Below, in pieces: positions 1 through 9,016 of a stretch of DNA of 64,000 nt; position 1 is the stretch's first letter, and each line of letters starts with the position of its first letter. Under the pieces are notes generated by a model. It was not told the origin of the DNA, ran no database searches, and saw nothing but the letters and a program-made list of their open reading frames with translations. Source of the DNA: an uncultured Acidimicrobiia bacterium (GTDB taxonomy: Bacteria > Actinomycetota > Acidimicrobiia > Acidimicrobiales > AC-14). A program made the position numbers and the translations under genes. The stretch covers positions 1 to 64,000 of the forward strand of contig CAWIIV010000011.1 of NCBI GenBank assembly GCA_963836205.1, given 5' to 3'.

Positions 1-427
1 CAACCACGCGCCCCACCGAAAAGCCGCCAACCCCTGGAGAACGGACCGTTCCATGCGAGGCCAAGGGTACGGCCGGTTGGCGTCGGGAGTCGCCGTTTGG
101 TGTGCAGTTACGTGGGATATACCGACATAACTGCACACGTAACACGTTGGCGGGCCAATTCGCCAGATCCGGATCAACCTGACCGATGGTCGCTGGCCGC
201 CAGCGCGCTCAGTAATCCGCCGTCTGCCGATTCGGCGATGAAATTCTGGACTCGTCAGGCGACTTTCGCAGACAGACCAGGGTTCGGCCGCTTGTGAGCA
301 GTTGCGGACTGACGAAGCTAAGCTAAGTAGCGCCGCCTCAGTCAATGCAATCCTCTATCTCTTCACGAGCCCTCAACATCGCCGGATTGATCCTCGGCGT
401 CATGGGCTGTGGATGGATCCGCGTCCT

Positions 428-910
428 CTACTGGTGCGGGGTGGTGGTCGCTGAAGCAAGAGGCGAGAAATCCAAATGCTCCCACGACCTCTTGATACAT
501 GTTCCACACCACTCATCGTCCTCAATAGCAACGTGATCATGCCATGGCGACCCACCTAGTGCGTCCAGCAGGTCGAAAGTCTCATCAAATCGAGCCGGAA
601 GAACATACTCCTTGTTCTCGGTTAGCGCCCTAGCCTGCGCGCTTCGACGCTCGTGGTTGGTCCACACCTTAGACGCGTAAGATGCGGACGCGAATGGGAC
701 ACAATAGTGCGCCGCCCGCCGGTAAATGTAGTCGAGGTGCTCGTAGAGGTTTCTTTCCCCACAACTCGACTTCGTCGTCTGCATCGTAGAATACGCGAAC
801 GCCTCGGGACCGAAGCTCGCTCGCGACTTGTTCGACATAGGCGCGATCCTCACCTGCAAATGACAGCACTACGTCATACGGCAGATCAGCCTCGCCACAT
901 TCGTCGCCAT
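428..910 (-). pseudogene. TIR-domain (TIR_2-like) protein, frameshifted
   Basis: ORF 669-869 reads (YDV)VLSFAGEDRAYVEQVASELRSRGVRVFYD..ELWGK. It continues in the 428-859 frame as NLYEHLDYIY..YCVPFASASYASKVWTNHERRSAQARALTENKEYVLPARFDET. One extra A near 750 joins the two frames. The ATG at 910 overlapping the upstream stop is also out of frame. Confidence 0.8.
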
Positions 911-1692
911 CAGTTCAACCTTGCCCGCAGCGCCCTCGCCTCGGTCAGGAGGTCCTCGGCGTTGTCGGGCATCGAATCGGCCAGATGCTCGAGTTCGTCG
1001 GCGGCGACGTCGAAGCGGCCGCCGGCGGCTTGGAGGCGGGCTCCGTCGCGGCGTTCGAGGGGTGGGGTGCCGGGGATGGCGAGGCGGAGGTCGAAGACCC
1101 ATCGCAGGGCGTCGGTGTCGCCTTGGCGGGTGTAGGCGCCCTTGAGGTTCTGGAGGATCCGGCCGAGGATCGCCCGCGGCCCGACCGGGTCGAGGTAGGC
1201 GGCCAGGAAGGGGGCGGTGGGCGGGTTGACGGCGTTGAACCGTTGCACGCACCCCAGCCGGTCGAGCACCGCGCCTCCGTGGAAAGGGTCGACGAAGGTG
1301 TCGGGGGCGTCGGCGGCGCGCAACAGGAAGTGTCCCGGCAGGCCGACGCCTTCGAGGCGGAGGCCCAGCCGGCGGCCGACCTCGATGCCGAGCACCGCCA
1401 AGGTGATGGGGATTCCCCGTCGGCTGTCGAGGACGTCGTTGAGGTACGAGTTCCGGGGGTCGTAGTAGTGCTCCGTCGCCCCGGTGAAGCCGACGTCGAC
1501 GAACAGGTACTGGCGCCAGCCTTCGATCGTCGGCTCCGGGCAGCGGGCGGCCAGGTCGTCGAGGCGGGCCCGTTCACGGTCGACGTCGAGGTCGGGATAG
1601 GCGTGGGCGGCGATGAGCAGGGCGGCCTCGTCGAGGGCCAGGTCGTCCTCCGGACCCTGCACCAGTGCCGCGAACCTCGCCGTGGGACCCAT
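910..1692 (-). CDS. SirB1/YchA-like protein (Transglut_core2 + TPR)
   Basis: Motifs GFTGATEHYYDPRNSYLNDVLDSRRGIPITLAVL, LEGVGLPGHFL and FVDPF, plus a C-terminal TPR-like ERRDG segment. Start placed at ATG 1692. Confidence 0.85.
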   Translation of the reverse strand: MGPTARFAALVQGPEDDLALDEAALLIAAHAYPDLDVDRERARLDDLAARCPEPTIEGWRQYLFVDVGFTGATEHYYDPRNSYLNDVLDSRRGIPITLAVLGIEVGRRLGLRLEGVGLPGHFLLRAADAPDTFVDPFHGGAVLDRLGCVQRFNAVNPPTAPFLAAYLDPVGPRAILGRILQNLKGAYTRQGDTDALRWVFDLRLAIPGTPPLERRDGARLQAAGGRFDVAADELEHLADSMPDNAEDLLTEARALRARLN

Positions 1693-1758
1693 GGCTCGAC
1701 CGTACCGCCCGAACCCGGCCTCTCCGGCACACGGCGATTCGGCATTAGCATCGCGGCC

Positions 1759-2016
1759 ATGGCCACCGTTTCCCCGTCCTCCACCCCCAACCCGGACGCG
1801 ACCAAGTACGACCTCGACACCACCCTCCCGGCCACCATCAACTTCAAGAGCGCCGAGGCCGCCGCCGACAACCCATTCGCCGCCGAGGTCTTCAAGACCC
1901 CGGGCGTGGCGTCGATCTTCGGCGTCAAGAGCTTCGTCACCGTCACCCGGGTGCCGGGCACCGAGTGGGCCACCATCCACGCCGCCGTCGAGAAGGCCGC
2001 CGCCGAGCACCTGTAG
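1759..2016 (+). CDS. Stand-alone NifU N-terminal (Nfu_N) domain protein
   Basis: TPNPDATKY...NPFAAEVFKTPGVASIFGVKSFVTVTR...W pattern; 85 aa from ATG 1759. Confidence 0.85.
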   Translation: MATVSPSSTPNPDATKYDLDTTLPATINFKSAEAAADNPFAAEVFKTPGVASIFGVKSFVTVTRVPGTEWATIHAAVEKAAAEHL

Positions 2017-2065
2017 TGGCACGGGCCATCAAGTCCCCGGATCGGAGAGGCCGTCCGGCCACCCC

Positions 2066-3199
2066 TTAGGGCAGGTACCTCATCGGATTTTCGGCGCTGC
2101 CGCCGATCCTCGTCTCGAAGTGGAGGTGGGGACCCGTGGAGTTGCCCGTGCTCCCGACCTCGCCCAGCAGCTCGCCCTGCTCGACGGACTCCCCGTCGGA
2201 CACCTCGATGTAGCTCATGTGGCCGTAGAGGGTGCTGAAGCCGCCGCCGTGGTCGATGACCACGCAGTTCCCGTAGCCGCCGTTGTAGTCGGCCATGATC
2301 ACCGTCCCGCCCATGGCCGCGTAGACGGACGCCCCGTAGCCGGCGCCGATGTCGATGCCCGTGTGCATCGACCCCCACCGGTTGCCGTACCCGGAGGTGA
2401 CGGGACCGGAGGCGGGCCAGACGAGGCCGTCAGCCGACTCGCCGCCGGAGCTCTCCGCCTCGACGTCCTCCGCATCGGCCTCGAGTTGGCGGGACCGGAT
2501 GAGGGCGGAGAGGGTGGCTTCCTCCCGGCTGAGGGCGTCGACCTCGGCGGTGTACTCGGCGATGCGTTCGTCGAGGGCCGACTTCAGCCGGTTCTGCTGG
2601 AAGAGGGCCTCCTGCAGTTCGGCCAGCCGGTCGGCCGCCGCCTTGCGCCGCTCCTCGGCCAGCTCCCGGGCCCGGGCCAGGTTGGCCTTGTCGAACTGCT
2701 GGTCCTGGCGGGTGGACCGCATCTGGTCGAGGGCGTCGCGGTTGCTGTTGACCACCGACGACAGCAGGACCTGGCGCCGGCTGGCCTCGCCCAGGTTCTC
2801 GGCCCGGACGATCTGCAGCAGGGCGTCGCCCCCGGGGTGGACGTAGGCCTGGATGGCGGCTTCGGCCACCTGGATGCGGAGGTCGCCCATACGGGCCTCG
2901 GTGGCCGCCAGCTTGGCCTCCGCCGAGCCGAGCCCGGTCTCGGCCGACTTGAGCGCCCGCTTGGCCGACTCGGTCTGGTTGCTCTGGACCTCGACCCCGG
3001 CGTCGAGGGCCCGCACCGCCGACTCCAGCTCGTCGTTGCTCGCTTTGAGGTGGTCGACCTCGGCGGCCAGCTCGGCCTGCTTCTCCCGGGATGCGTCCCG
3101 CTGCTCCTCGGGCGATGGGGCGGCAGACCACGCCGGCGGGGCCAGGGCCACCACCAGCAACAGGACGAGCGCGGCTGCGAGTTTTCTCGTCTTCGTCAT
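2066..3199 (-). CDS. Secreted coiled-coil M23 family metallopeptidase
   Basis: Signal peptide, long coiled coil, and M23 motifs HTGID, GYGN, TLYGHM and GNSTGPHLHFE. Confidence 0.92.
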   Translation of the reverse strand: MTKTRKLAAALVLLLVVALAPPAWSAAPSPEEQRDASREKQAELAAEVDHLKASNDELESAVRALDAGVEVQSNQTESAKRALKSAETGLGSAEAKLAATEARMGDLRIQVAEAAIQAYVHPGGDALLQIVRAENLGEASRRQVLLSSVVNSNRDALDQMRSTRQDQQFDKANLARARELAEERRKAAADRLAELQEALFQQNRLKSALDERIAEYTAEVDALSREEATLSALIRSRQLEADAEDVEAESSGGESADGLVWPASGPVTSGYGNRWGSMHTGIDIGAGYGASVYAAMGGTVIMADYNGGYGNCVVIDHGGGFSTLYGHMSYIEVSDGESVEQGELLGEVGSTGNSTGPHLHFETRIGGSAENPMRYLP

Positions 3200-3521
3200 G
3201 GTTGTCGCCGAGGGACCGCCGACCCCGGGGGTGGCCAAAACCTAACGACCCCGGCCTGGGGTTGCAACCTCGTCCGCCGCCGCCCTGGTGGGGGGCGCGA
3301 CGAGACCCGAGGAACCTCACGGGCACCCGCACTTCCCCGAACGGGCGCCCGATCCGCACCTCGGGCCTCGCCCAGAAAGTAGCGCGTCCTGCTGGTGGGA
3401 CGCAAGCAGAAACCACGGAATACAACAGGATTTCGAGGCTCGCGCCGTCGTCCCGGCGTCGAAGCCGGGGGGGATGAGCAGGGGTGAGACTAGCTCTCGC
3501 AGCGGGGGCGGGCGACCCCGT

Positions 3522-4766
3522 TCATGAGCACTCGACCAGGCGACGGGCGGTGAGGTCGGCGTAGAGCCGGCGCAGCCGTCCGGCCGCGATCGACCACCGG
3601 TAGCGGCGGGCGAGGGCGGCGGCCTGGGCCCCGACGAGGCCGGCCAGGTCGGGATCGTCGAGCAGCTTGGCCACGTAGCTGGCGTAGTCGGCGGGGTCGC
3701 GTCCGTCGACCAGGAACCCGGTGATGCCGGGGACGACGAGGCTGGCCAGGCCACCGACGGCGGCGGCCACCACCGGCGTGCCGCAGGCGGCCGCCTCCAG
3801 GGCGACCAGCCCGAACGACTCCGACCGGCTGGGCACGAGGCACACGTCGGCCGCCCGGTAGTAGGCAGTGAGCTCCTCGTGGGGACGGGGGTCGACGAAG
3901 GTGACCCGTCCGGAAAGGTCCAACTCGTCGACCAGGGCGTGGACCCGGCGCAGCTCGGCGTCGCCGTCGGGACCGCTGGGCCCGCCGACGATGACCAGGC
4001 GGGCGTCGGGGTGGGGCAGCTGGGCCAGGGTGCGGACGGCGACGTCGGCGCCCTTCAGCGGCTGGATGCGGCCGACGAACAGCAGGAGGGGAGCGGACGC
4101 CGAGGGCGGGTCGGCGCCGGTGACGGCCATGTCGACGCCGATCTCGGCCCGGGCCGCTGCCCTGTCGCCGGGGGAGAACAGGCGGTGGTCGACACCCGGC
4201 GGGACGATCTCGATGCGCTCGGGGACGGCGTGGTAGAGGCGCTCGAGCTGGACCGCCTCGTCGTGGGACAGGGCGAGGATGGCGTCGGAGCAGCCGATGA
4301 TCTCGGCCTCGGCCCGGGCTCGCAACCCGTGGTGGTCGGCCGCGGCCTCCGCCTTCACCCGGGCCAAGGTGTGGAAGGTCGAGACGAGGGGCAGCTCGAG
4401 CTGGTGCTTGAGGGCGTGGCCGGAGATGCCCGACAGCCAATAGTTGGCGTGGATGAGGTCGGGCCGGAAGGCGCCTTCGAGCTGAAGCCGGACGCCGGCG
4501 GTGAACTCGTCGACCAGCTCGACCAGGTCGTCGACCGGGAGGGGGACGTGGGGGCCGGCGTCGACGTGGTGCACGCGGAACCCGGGCTCGATCGCAACCA
4601 CGCCCGGCAGGCCGTCCTTCCAGGTGCGGGTGTAGACGTCGCAATCGACGCCCGCCCGGGCCAGGGCCCCGCACAGCTCGCGGACGTAGACGTTCATGCC
4701 ACCACCGTCACCGGTGCCGGGTTGTGCCAGAGGTGAGGTGTGGAGGGAGAGGACTGCGATGCGCAC
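3522..4766 (-). CDS. mshA: D-inositol-3-phosphate glycosyltransferase (GT4, mycothiol synthesis)
   Basis: N-terminus SLHTSPLAQPGTGDGGGMNVYV, plus HANYWLSG, GRIQPLKG and SESFGLVALEA. Confidence 0.9.
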   Translation of the reverse strand: MRIAVLSLHTSPLAQPGTGDGGGMNVYVRELCGALARAGVDCDVYTRTWKDGLPGVVAIEPGFRVHHVDAGPHVPLPVDDLVELVDEFTAGVRLQLEGAFRPDLIHANYWLSGISGHALKHQLELPLVSTFHTLARVKAEAAADHHGLRARAEAEIIGCSDAILALSHDEAVQLERLYHAVPERIEIVPPGVDHRLFSPGDRAAARAEIGVDMAVTGADPPSASAPLLLFVGRIQPLKGADVAVRTLAQLPHPDARLVIVGGPSGPDGDAELRRVHALVDELDLSGRVTFVDPRPHEELTAYYRAADVCLVPSRSESFGLVALEAAACGTPVVAAAVGGLASLVVPGITGFLVDGRDPADYASYVAKLLDDPDLAGLVGAQAAALARRYRWSIAAGRLRRLYADLTARRLVECS

Positions 4767-4814
4767 GACGGGTGAAACCCTACCCAGCCCCGGAACCTTC
4801 CCCTACTTCAACTT

Positions 4815-5522
4815 TCAAGGACTTTCGGTCTGGACCACAAGCACCCCGGGACCGGGGTGGGCGCCGGCGACGAACCAGGTCGATCCGCTGCCGGCCAGGA
4901 CCGGGACGGCCCCGGTTGCCTCTCCCAGGCGATCCCGCCACACGGCCAGCCGGGGTTCGACGGCGAGGGCGGCCGACTCCAGGTCGTTGGACCCGCCGGC
5001 GGCCGGTCCGCCCATCTCGTCCCAGGCCCGGTAGACGGCGGGCGTCGACACGCCGAAGGGCGGGGTGAGGAGCGTGAAGGCGAGGGCGGCGAAGGGCAGG
5101 GGCTCGACGATCTCGCCCACGCCCGTCACCCGGGCCCGCCCGCCGACCAGGCAGAAGGGGACGTCGGCCCCCAGGGCGGCCGCGGTCTCGAGGTCGGAGA
5201 CCCCCGCCCACCGGAGGACGGCGGCGGCGTCGGCCGACCCCCCTCCCAGGCCGCCACCGGCGGGGATGCGCTTGGTGAGGCGCACCTGGGCGGTCACGCC
5301 CGCCGCCCGCAGGGCCCGCCGGACCAGGTTGGAGTCGTCGGTGGGGACGGGAGCGGCCCCGCCGACCACGTCGACGAACAGCCCGTCCCCCTCGGAGAAG
5401 CTGAGGTCGTCGGCGAGGTCGATGGTGACCATCTCGGCGTCGAGGAGGTGGAACCCGTCGGACCGCACGCCGGTCACCCGCAGGGAGAGGGTCAGCTTGG
5501 CCAAGGCCCGCACCACGGTCAC
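4815..5522 (-). CDS. ispE: CDP-2-C-methyl-D-erythritol kinase
   Basis: AKLTLSL..V.G.RSDGFH, KRIPAGGGLGGGSADAA, LGADVPF, NDLE and LAGSGS motifs. Confidence 0.92.
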   Translation of the reverse strand: MTVVRALAKLTLSLRVTGVRSDGFHLLDAEMVTIDLADDLSFSEGDGLFVDVVGGAAPVPTDDSNLVRRALRAAGVTAQVRLTKRIPAGGGLGGGSADAAAVLRWAGVSDLETAAALGADVPFCLVGGRARVTGVGEIVEPLPFAALAFTLLTPPFGVSTPAVYRAWDEMGGPAAGGSNDLESAALAVEPRLAVWRDRLGEATGAVPVLAGSGSTWFVAGAHPGPGVLVVQTESP

Positions 5523-5620
5523 GGGCGGATACTACGGATGGTTGCGGGTCCGAGCTCCGAGGGGCACCGGAGGCGACCGGGGCCCGCGTCACACCTCGGC
5601 GGCCTAGGCTCCGTCACTCC

Positions 5621-6755
5621 GTGGGCAGCGTGTGGGCGATCGTGGTGGCAGGGGGCGGGGGACTTCGCTTCGGCGGGCCCAAGCAGTTCGAGGATCCTCC
5701 ACGGCCGACGGGTCATCGACTGGTCGGTGGCCGCCGCCCGCGACTCGTGCGACGGGGTGGTGGTGGTCGTGCCGGCCGACCGGCGGGGCGACGAGGCCGC
5801 CGCCGGCGCGGTCGTCGTGGTCGCCGGCGGGGCCACCCGGTCGGCGTCGGTGCGGGCCGGGCTGGCGGCGGTGCCGGCCGACGCCGAGATCGTGGTGGTC
5901 CACGACGCGGCCCGACCCCTGGCCGGCACCGACCTGTTCCACCGCACGGTGGCCGCCGTCCGGGACGGGGCCGACGCCGCCATCCCGGGGGTCCCGGTGA
6001 CCGACACCGTGAAGGAGGTCGACGGCCGCCGGGTGGTGGGGACGGTCGACCGCAGCCGGCTGGTGGCGGTGCAGACGCCCCAGGCGTTCCGGGCCGCGGT
6101 GCTTCGTCGAGCCCACGCCGGCGATCCCGACGCCACCGACGACGCCGCCCTGGTGGAGGCCCTCGGCGGCCGGGTGGTGGTGGTCGACGGCGACCCCCGC
6201 AACCTCAAGCTCACCTCGCCCGACGACCTGGTCGTGGCCCGGGCGCTCCTGGCCGCGGCCGACGCCGAGAACGGTGGGCGGATGAGCACGAGGGTCGGCC
6301 TCGGGTTCGACGTCCACCCGTTCAGCGACGATCCCGACCGGGTGCTCGTGCTCGGGGGGGTCGTGTTCGAGGGCGAGCGGGGCCTCGCCGGCCACAGCGA
6401 CGCCGACGTGATCAGCCACGCGGTGGCCGAGGCCCTGTTGGGGGCGGCCGGCCTGGGCGATCTGGGCCAGCACTTCCCCGACTCCGATCCCCGGTGGGAG
6501 GGCGTCGACAGCACCGTCCTGCTGGCCGAGGTGGTGCGCCTGGTCGCCGACGGGGGCTGGACGGTGGGCAACGTCGACTGCTCGGTCGTCCTGGAGGCAC
6601 CCCGCCTGGCTCCGAGACGGCCGGCGATGGAGGAGCGGCTCTCGGCGGTGGTCGGCGCGCCCGTTACGGTGAAGCCCCGGCGGGCGGAAGGGCTGGGCGC
6701 CCTGGGCCGGGGCGAGGGCGTGGCCTGCTGGGCGGTGGCGGTGATCGAGCGCTGA
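5621..6755 (+). CDS. ispDF: IspD-IspF, apparently an in-frame bifunctional fusion, with a +1 frameshift near 5696 (probable sequence error)
   Basis: AIVVAGGGGLRFGGPKQF in one frame. GGATRSASV, HDAARP, QTPQ, TDDA and NLKLT follow in the next frame, running without a stop into IspF (ATG 6282: RVGLGFDVH, GHSDAD, GDLGQHFP). Confidence 0.88.
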
Positions 6756-6786
6756 GACGTGACGCCGCTCGCACGGACGGCCTGCG

Positions 6787-7560
6787 CTATGGCAGGGGGT
6801 TCACCCAGAAGGAGCCCTCCAGGCGGGCGGAGCCGCCGGGGGGGAGCAGGTTGGGAGGGCCCTCGCACAGGTAGTGGGTCGTGGTCGCCACCGAGAACGA
6901 GTAGTTGGTGGGCATGTCCATGACGACGGTGGTGCTCCCCGACGTCATCGTCGGCGGCGGGCACGACGCCCCGGTCACCTGGGGACTCTGGTAGAGCACG
7001 GCCCCCCTCCCCGTGACGGTCGTCAGGCAGCAGAAGTCGGCGTCGGCGTTGCTGGTGAAGAAGATCGTGACGGTGTCGCCCACCTGGGGCGCGGCGGGCT
7101 CGATGCGGGCGGCAAGCGTCACCCCACCCTCGGTGACGGTCCACGACGGGGCGACGGCGGGCGGCGGGCGCCGTTCCCAGCAGATCGGGATGCAGCCGAC
7201 ACCGGACGCGGCGGGTGGGGCGACGGTCGCGACCACGGGGGCGACGGTGACGGCGGGCGCCGTCGTCTCGGGGGGCGGTGGGACGGTGTCGGCGGCGGTC
7301 ACGGCCGGGCGGGGGGCGGCCGCGGTGGTCGCGGTGGTCGCCGGCGTCTCCCGGATCACGGTCGGGGCGGTGGTGAGGGGCGCGGCCGTGGCTGCCGGGG
7401 ACTCGACCGCGACCGCGTGGCGTCCGCCGATGCCGGCTGCGCTCAGCGAGGGCGAATCCTCGGCCCCGGGCTGGCTGACGACGGCTCGGACCGCCAGCCC
7501 GCCGGTGACGAGAATGGCGACGAGGGCGACGACAGTGTTGACGACCCCCCGGTGCGACAT
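6787..7560 (-). CDS. Hypothetical membrane-anchored Pro/Thr-rich protein with Cys-containing beta-rich C-terminus
   Basis: N-terminal TM segment, low-complexity linker, and codon usage typical of a real gene. Confidence 0.6.
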   Translation of the reverse strand: MSHRGVVNTVVALVAILVTGGLAVRAVVSQPGAEDSPSLSAAGIGGRHAVAVESPAATAAPLTTAPTVIRETPATTATTAAAPRPAVTAADTVPPPPETTAPAVTVAPVVATVAPPAASGVGCIPICWERRPPPAVAPSWTVTEGGVTLAARIEPAAPQVGDTVTIFFTSNADADFCCLTTVTGRGAVLYQSPQVTGASCPPPTMTSGSTTVVMDMPTNYSFSVATTTHYLCEGPPNLLPPGGSARLEGSFWVNPLP

Positions 7561-7615
7561 GCCGCGTTGATCGGCCGGCCCGGGCCCGACCTTGAGGTAG
7601 TTCGCCCGTCAGGTG

Positions 7616-8155
7616 TCAGCCGAGGACGGAACCGACGCTCGCCTCGCCGGTCTTGTACCGGCGGGCCAGTTCGGCCTGCAACGCGTCGATGCGGGAGAAG
7701 AGCGCCCGCCGCCGTTCGGAGACGCGGTGCTCGAGCTCGCGGTAGCAGGCGGCCAGGGCCTGCACCTCGTCGTCGGACAGCGACGAGAGCGAGTCGAGGG
7801 CGCCGGGGTCGGCGACCGCGTCGAGCTCGGCCAGCAGGTCGTCGTCGTCGGGCGGGAGGATCGACGTGGGCAGGCGGCCGGGGCCGGTGCCGGGACCGCG
7901 GACGCGGTCGCTGAGGATGCCGGGCAACTGCTCGACCAGGCTGGGCAGATCGCCCGGGCTGGTGCCGTCGGCCCGGCGCCGGAGATCGGACTCCACGATG
8001 TCGAGCCGGCCCTGCACCAGCCGGCGCAGGTAGGAAACCTTGTCCTCCACCCGGCGGCACTCGTCGCGCTGGACCCGGATCTCCTCGACCGAGATCGAGC
8101 TCACGTCGGCGACCGGATCGGGCCCGAGCACCCGTTCGACCTCGTCAGACCACAT
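7616..8155 (-). CDS. rsiG: RsiG/AmfC-like c-di-GMP-binding anti-sigma factor
   Basis: EDKVSYLRRLVQGRLD is an exact E-x3-S-x2-R-x3-Q-x3-D motif. A second helix EHRVSERRRALFSRID is degenerate. C-terminus ELARRYKTGEASV. Confidence 0.82.
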   Translation of the reverse strand: MWSDEVERVLGPDPVADVSSISVEEIRVQRDECRRVEDKVSYLRRLVQGRLDIVESDLRRRADGTSPGDLPSLVEQLPGILSDRVRGPGTGPGRLPTSILPPDDDDLLAELDAVADPGALDSLSSLSDDEVQALAACYRELEHRVSERRRALFSRIDALQAELARRYKTGEASVGSVLG

Positions 8156-8597
8156 CCCCTGAAGCGTACCCCTCCCGCTGCGGACGTCCCCGTCGCTGCT
8201 CGGGGGAGTAGCGGTAGACGACCCGACCCCGGATCGAACGGGCGGGGACCGGCCCGAAGGTGCGGCTGTCGGTGCTGGCGCCCGGGTTGTCGCCCCGGAC
8301 GACCACGGTGGCCGCCGCTCGGGACCCGCCGCCCACCTCCGCCACCCGCTTCACCACCACCCGTCCCGGCGATCGGGGGTCGGCAACGGTGACGAGATCG
8401 CCCGGCCGCGCCCGCCGGCCCCGGACTACGAACAGGCGGTCACCGGGTAGGAGGGTGGGGAGCATGCTGTCGCCGTCGACCTCCACTCGCTCGATCCGGC
8501 TCGCGAGAAAGGCCCCGACGGCCCCGGTCAGGAGCGTCGCGAGCAGCCGGTAGTGTGCCGAAGGAGACCCAATCACCGGACGAAGGAGCCTAGGCAT
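8145..8597 (-). CDS. sodX: Nickel-SOD maturation protease (S26 family)
   Basis: VEVDGDSMLPTL, VKRV, VRGDN and STDSRTFG motifs; divergent from sodN. Start uncertain (8597 or GTG 8576). Confidence 0.88.
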   Translation of the reverse strand: MPRLLRPVIGSPSAHYRLLATLLTGAVGAFLASRIERVEVDGDSMLPTLLPGDRLFVVRGRRARPGDLVTVADPRSPGRVVVKRVAEVGGGSRAAATVVVRGDNPGASTDSRTFGPVPARSIRGRVVYRYSPEQRRGRPQREGYASGDVV

Positions 8598-9012
8598 GCC
8601 CGTTCTTGCCCGTCTGACTGCCCTCCTCGATCGGCTCAGCCCCCCGTCGATCGTCCACGCCCACTGCGACCTCCCGTGCGGGATCTACGACCCGGCCCAG
8701 GCTCGTATCGAGGCCGAGTCGGTCAAGGCCATCCAGGAGAAGTACCAGGGCTCGTCCGACGACGTGTTCCGCGAGCGGGCCATCGGCATCAAGGAGCAGC
8801 GGGCCGACCTGGTCAAGCACCACCTCTGGGTCCTGTGGACCGACTACTTCAAGCCGCCCCACCTGGAGAAGTTCCCCGAGCTCCACGGCCTGTTCTGGGA
8901 CGCGACCAAGGCCGCCGGCGCCACCAAGTCGTCGATCGACCCGGCCACGGGCCAGAAGCTGCTCGACCTCATCGCCGAGATCGACAAGATCTTCTGGGAG
9001 ACGAAGAAGTAG
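8596..9012 (+). CDS. sodN: Nickel superoxide dismutase
   Basis: Ni-hook HCDLPCGIYDP after a propeptide; VKHHLWVLWTDYFK; SD GAAGGAG. Confidence 0.97.
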   Translation: MPVLARLTALLDRLSPPSIVHAHCDLPCGIYDPAQARIEAESVKAIQEKYQGSSDDVFRERAIGIKEQRADLVKHHLWVLWTDYFKPPHLEKFPELHGLFWDATKAAGATKSSIDPATGQKLLDLIAEIDKIFWETKK

Positions 9013-9016
9013 TCGT

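Noticed and set aside
3200-3520. c-di-AMP (ydaO) riboswitch upstream of the M23 peptidase
   Set aside because: GC-rich hairpins exist, but I could not find the conserved riboswitch core. An Rfam scan would settle it.
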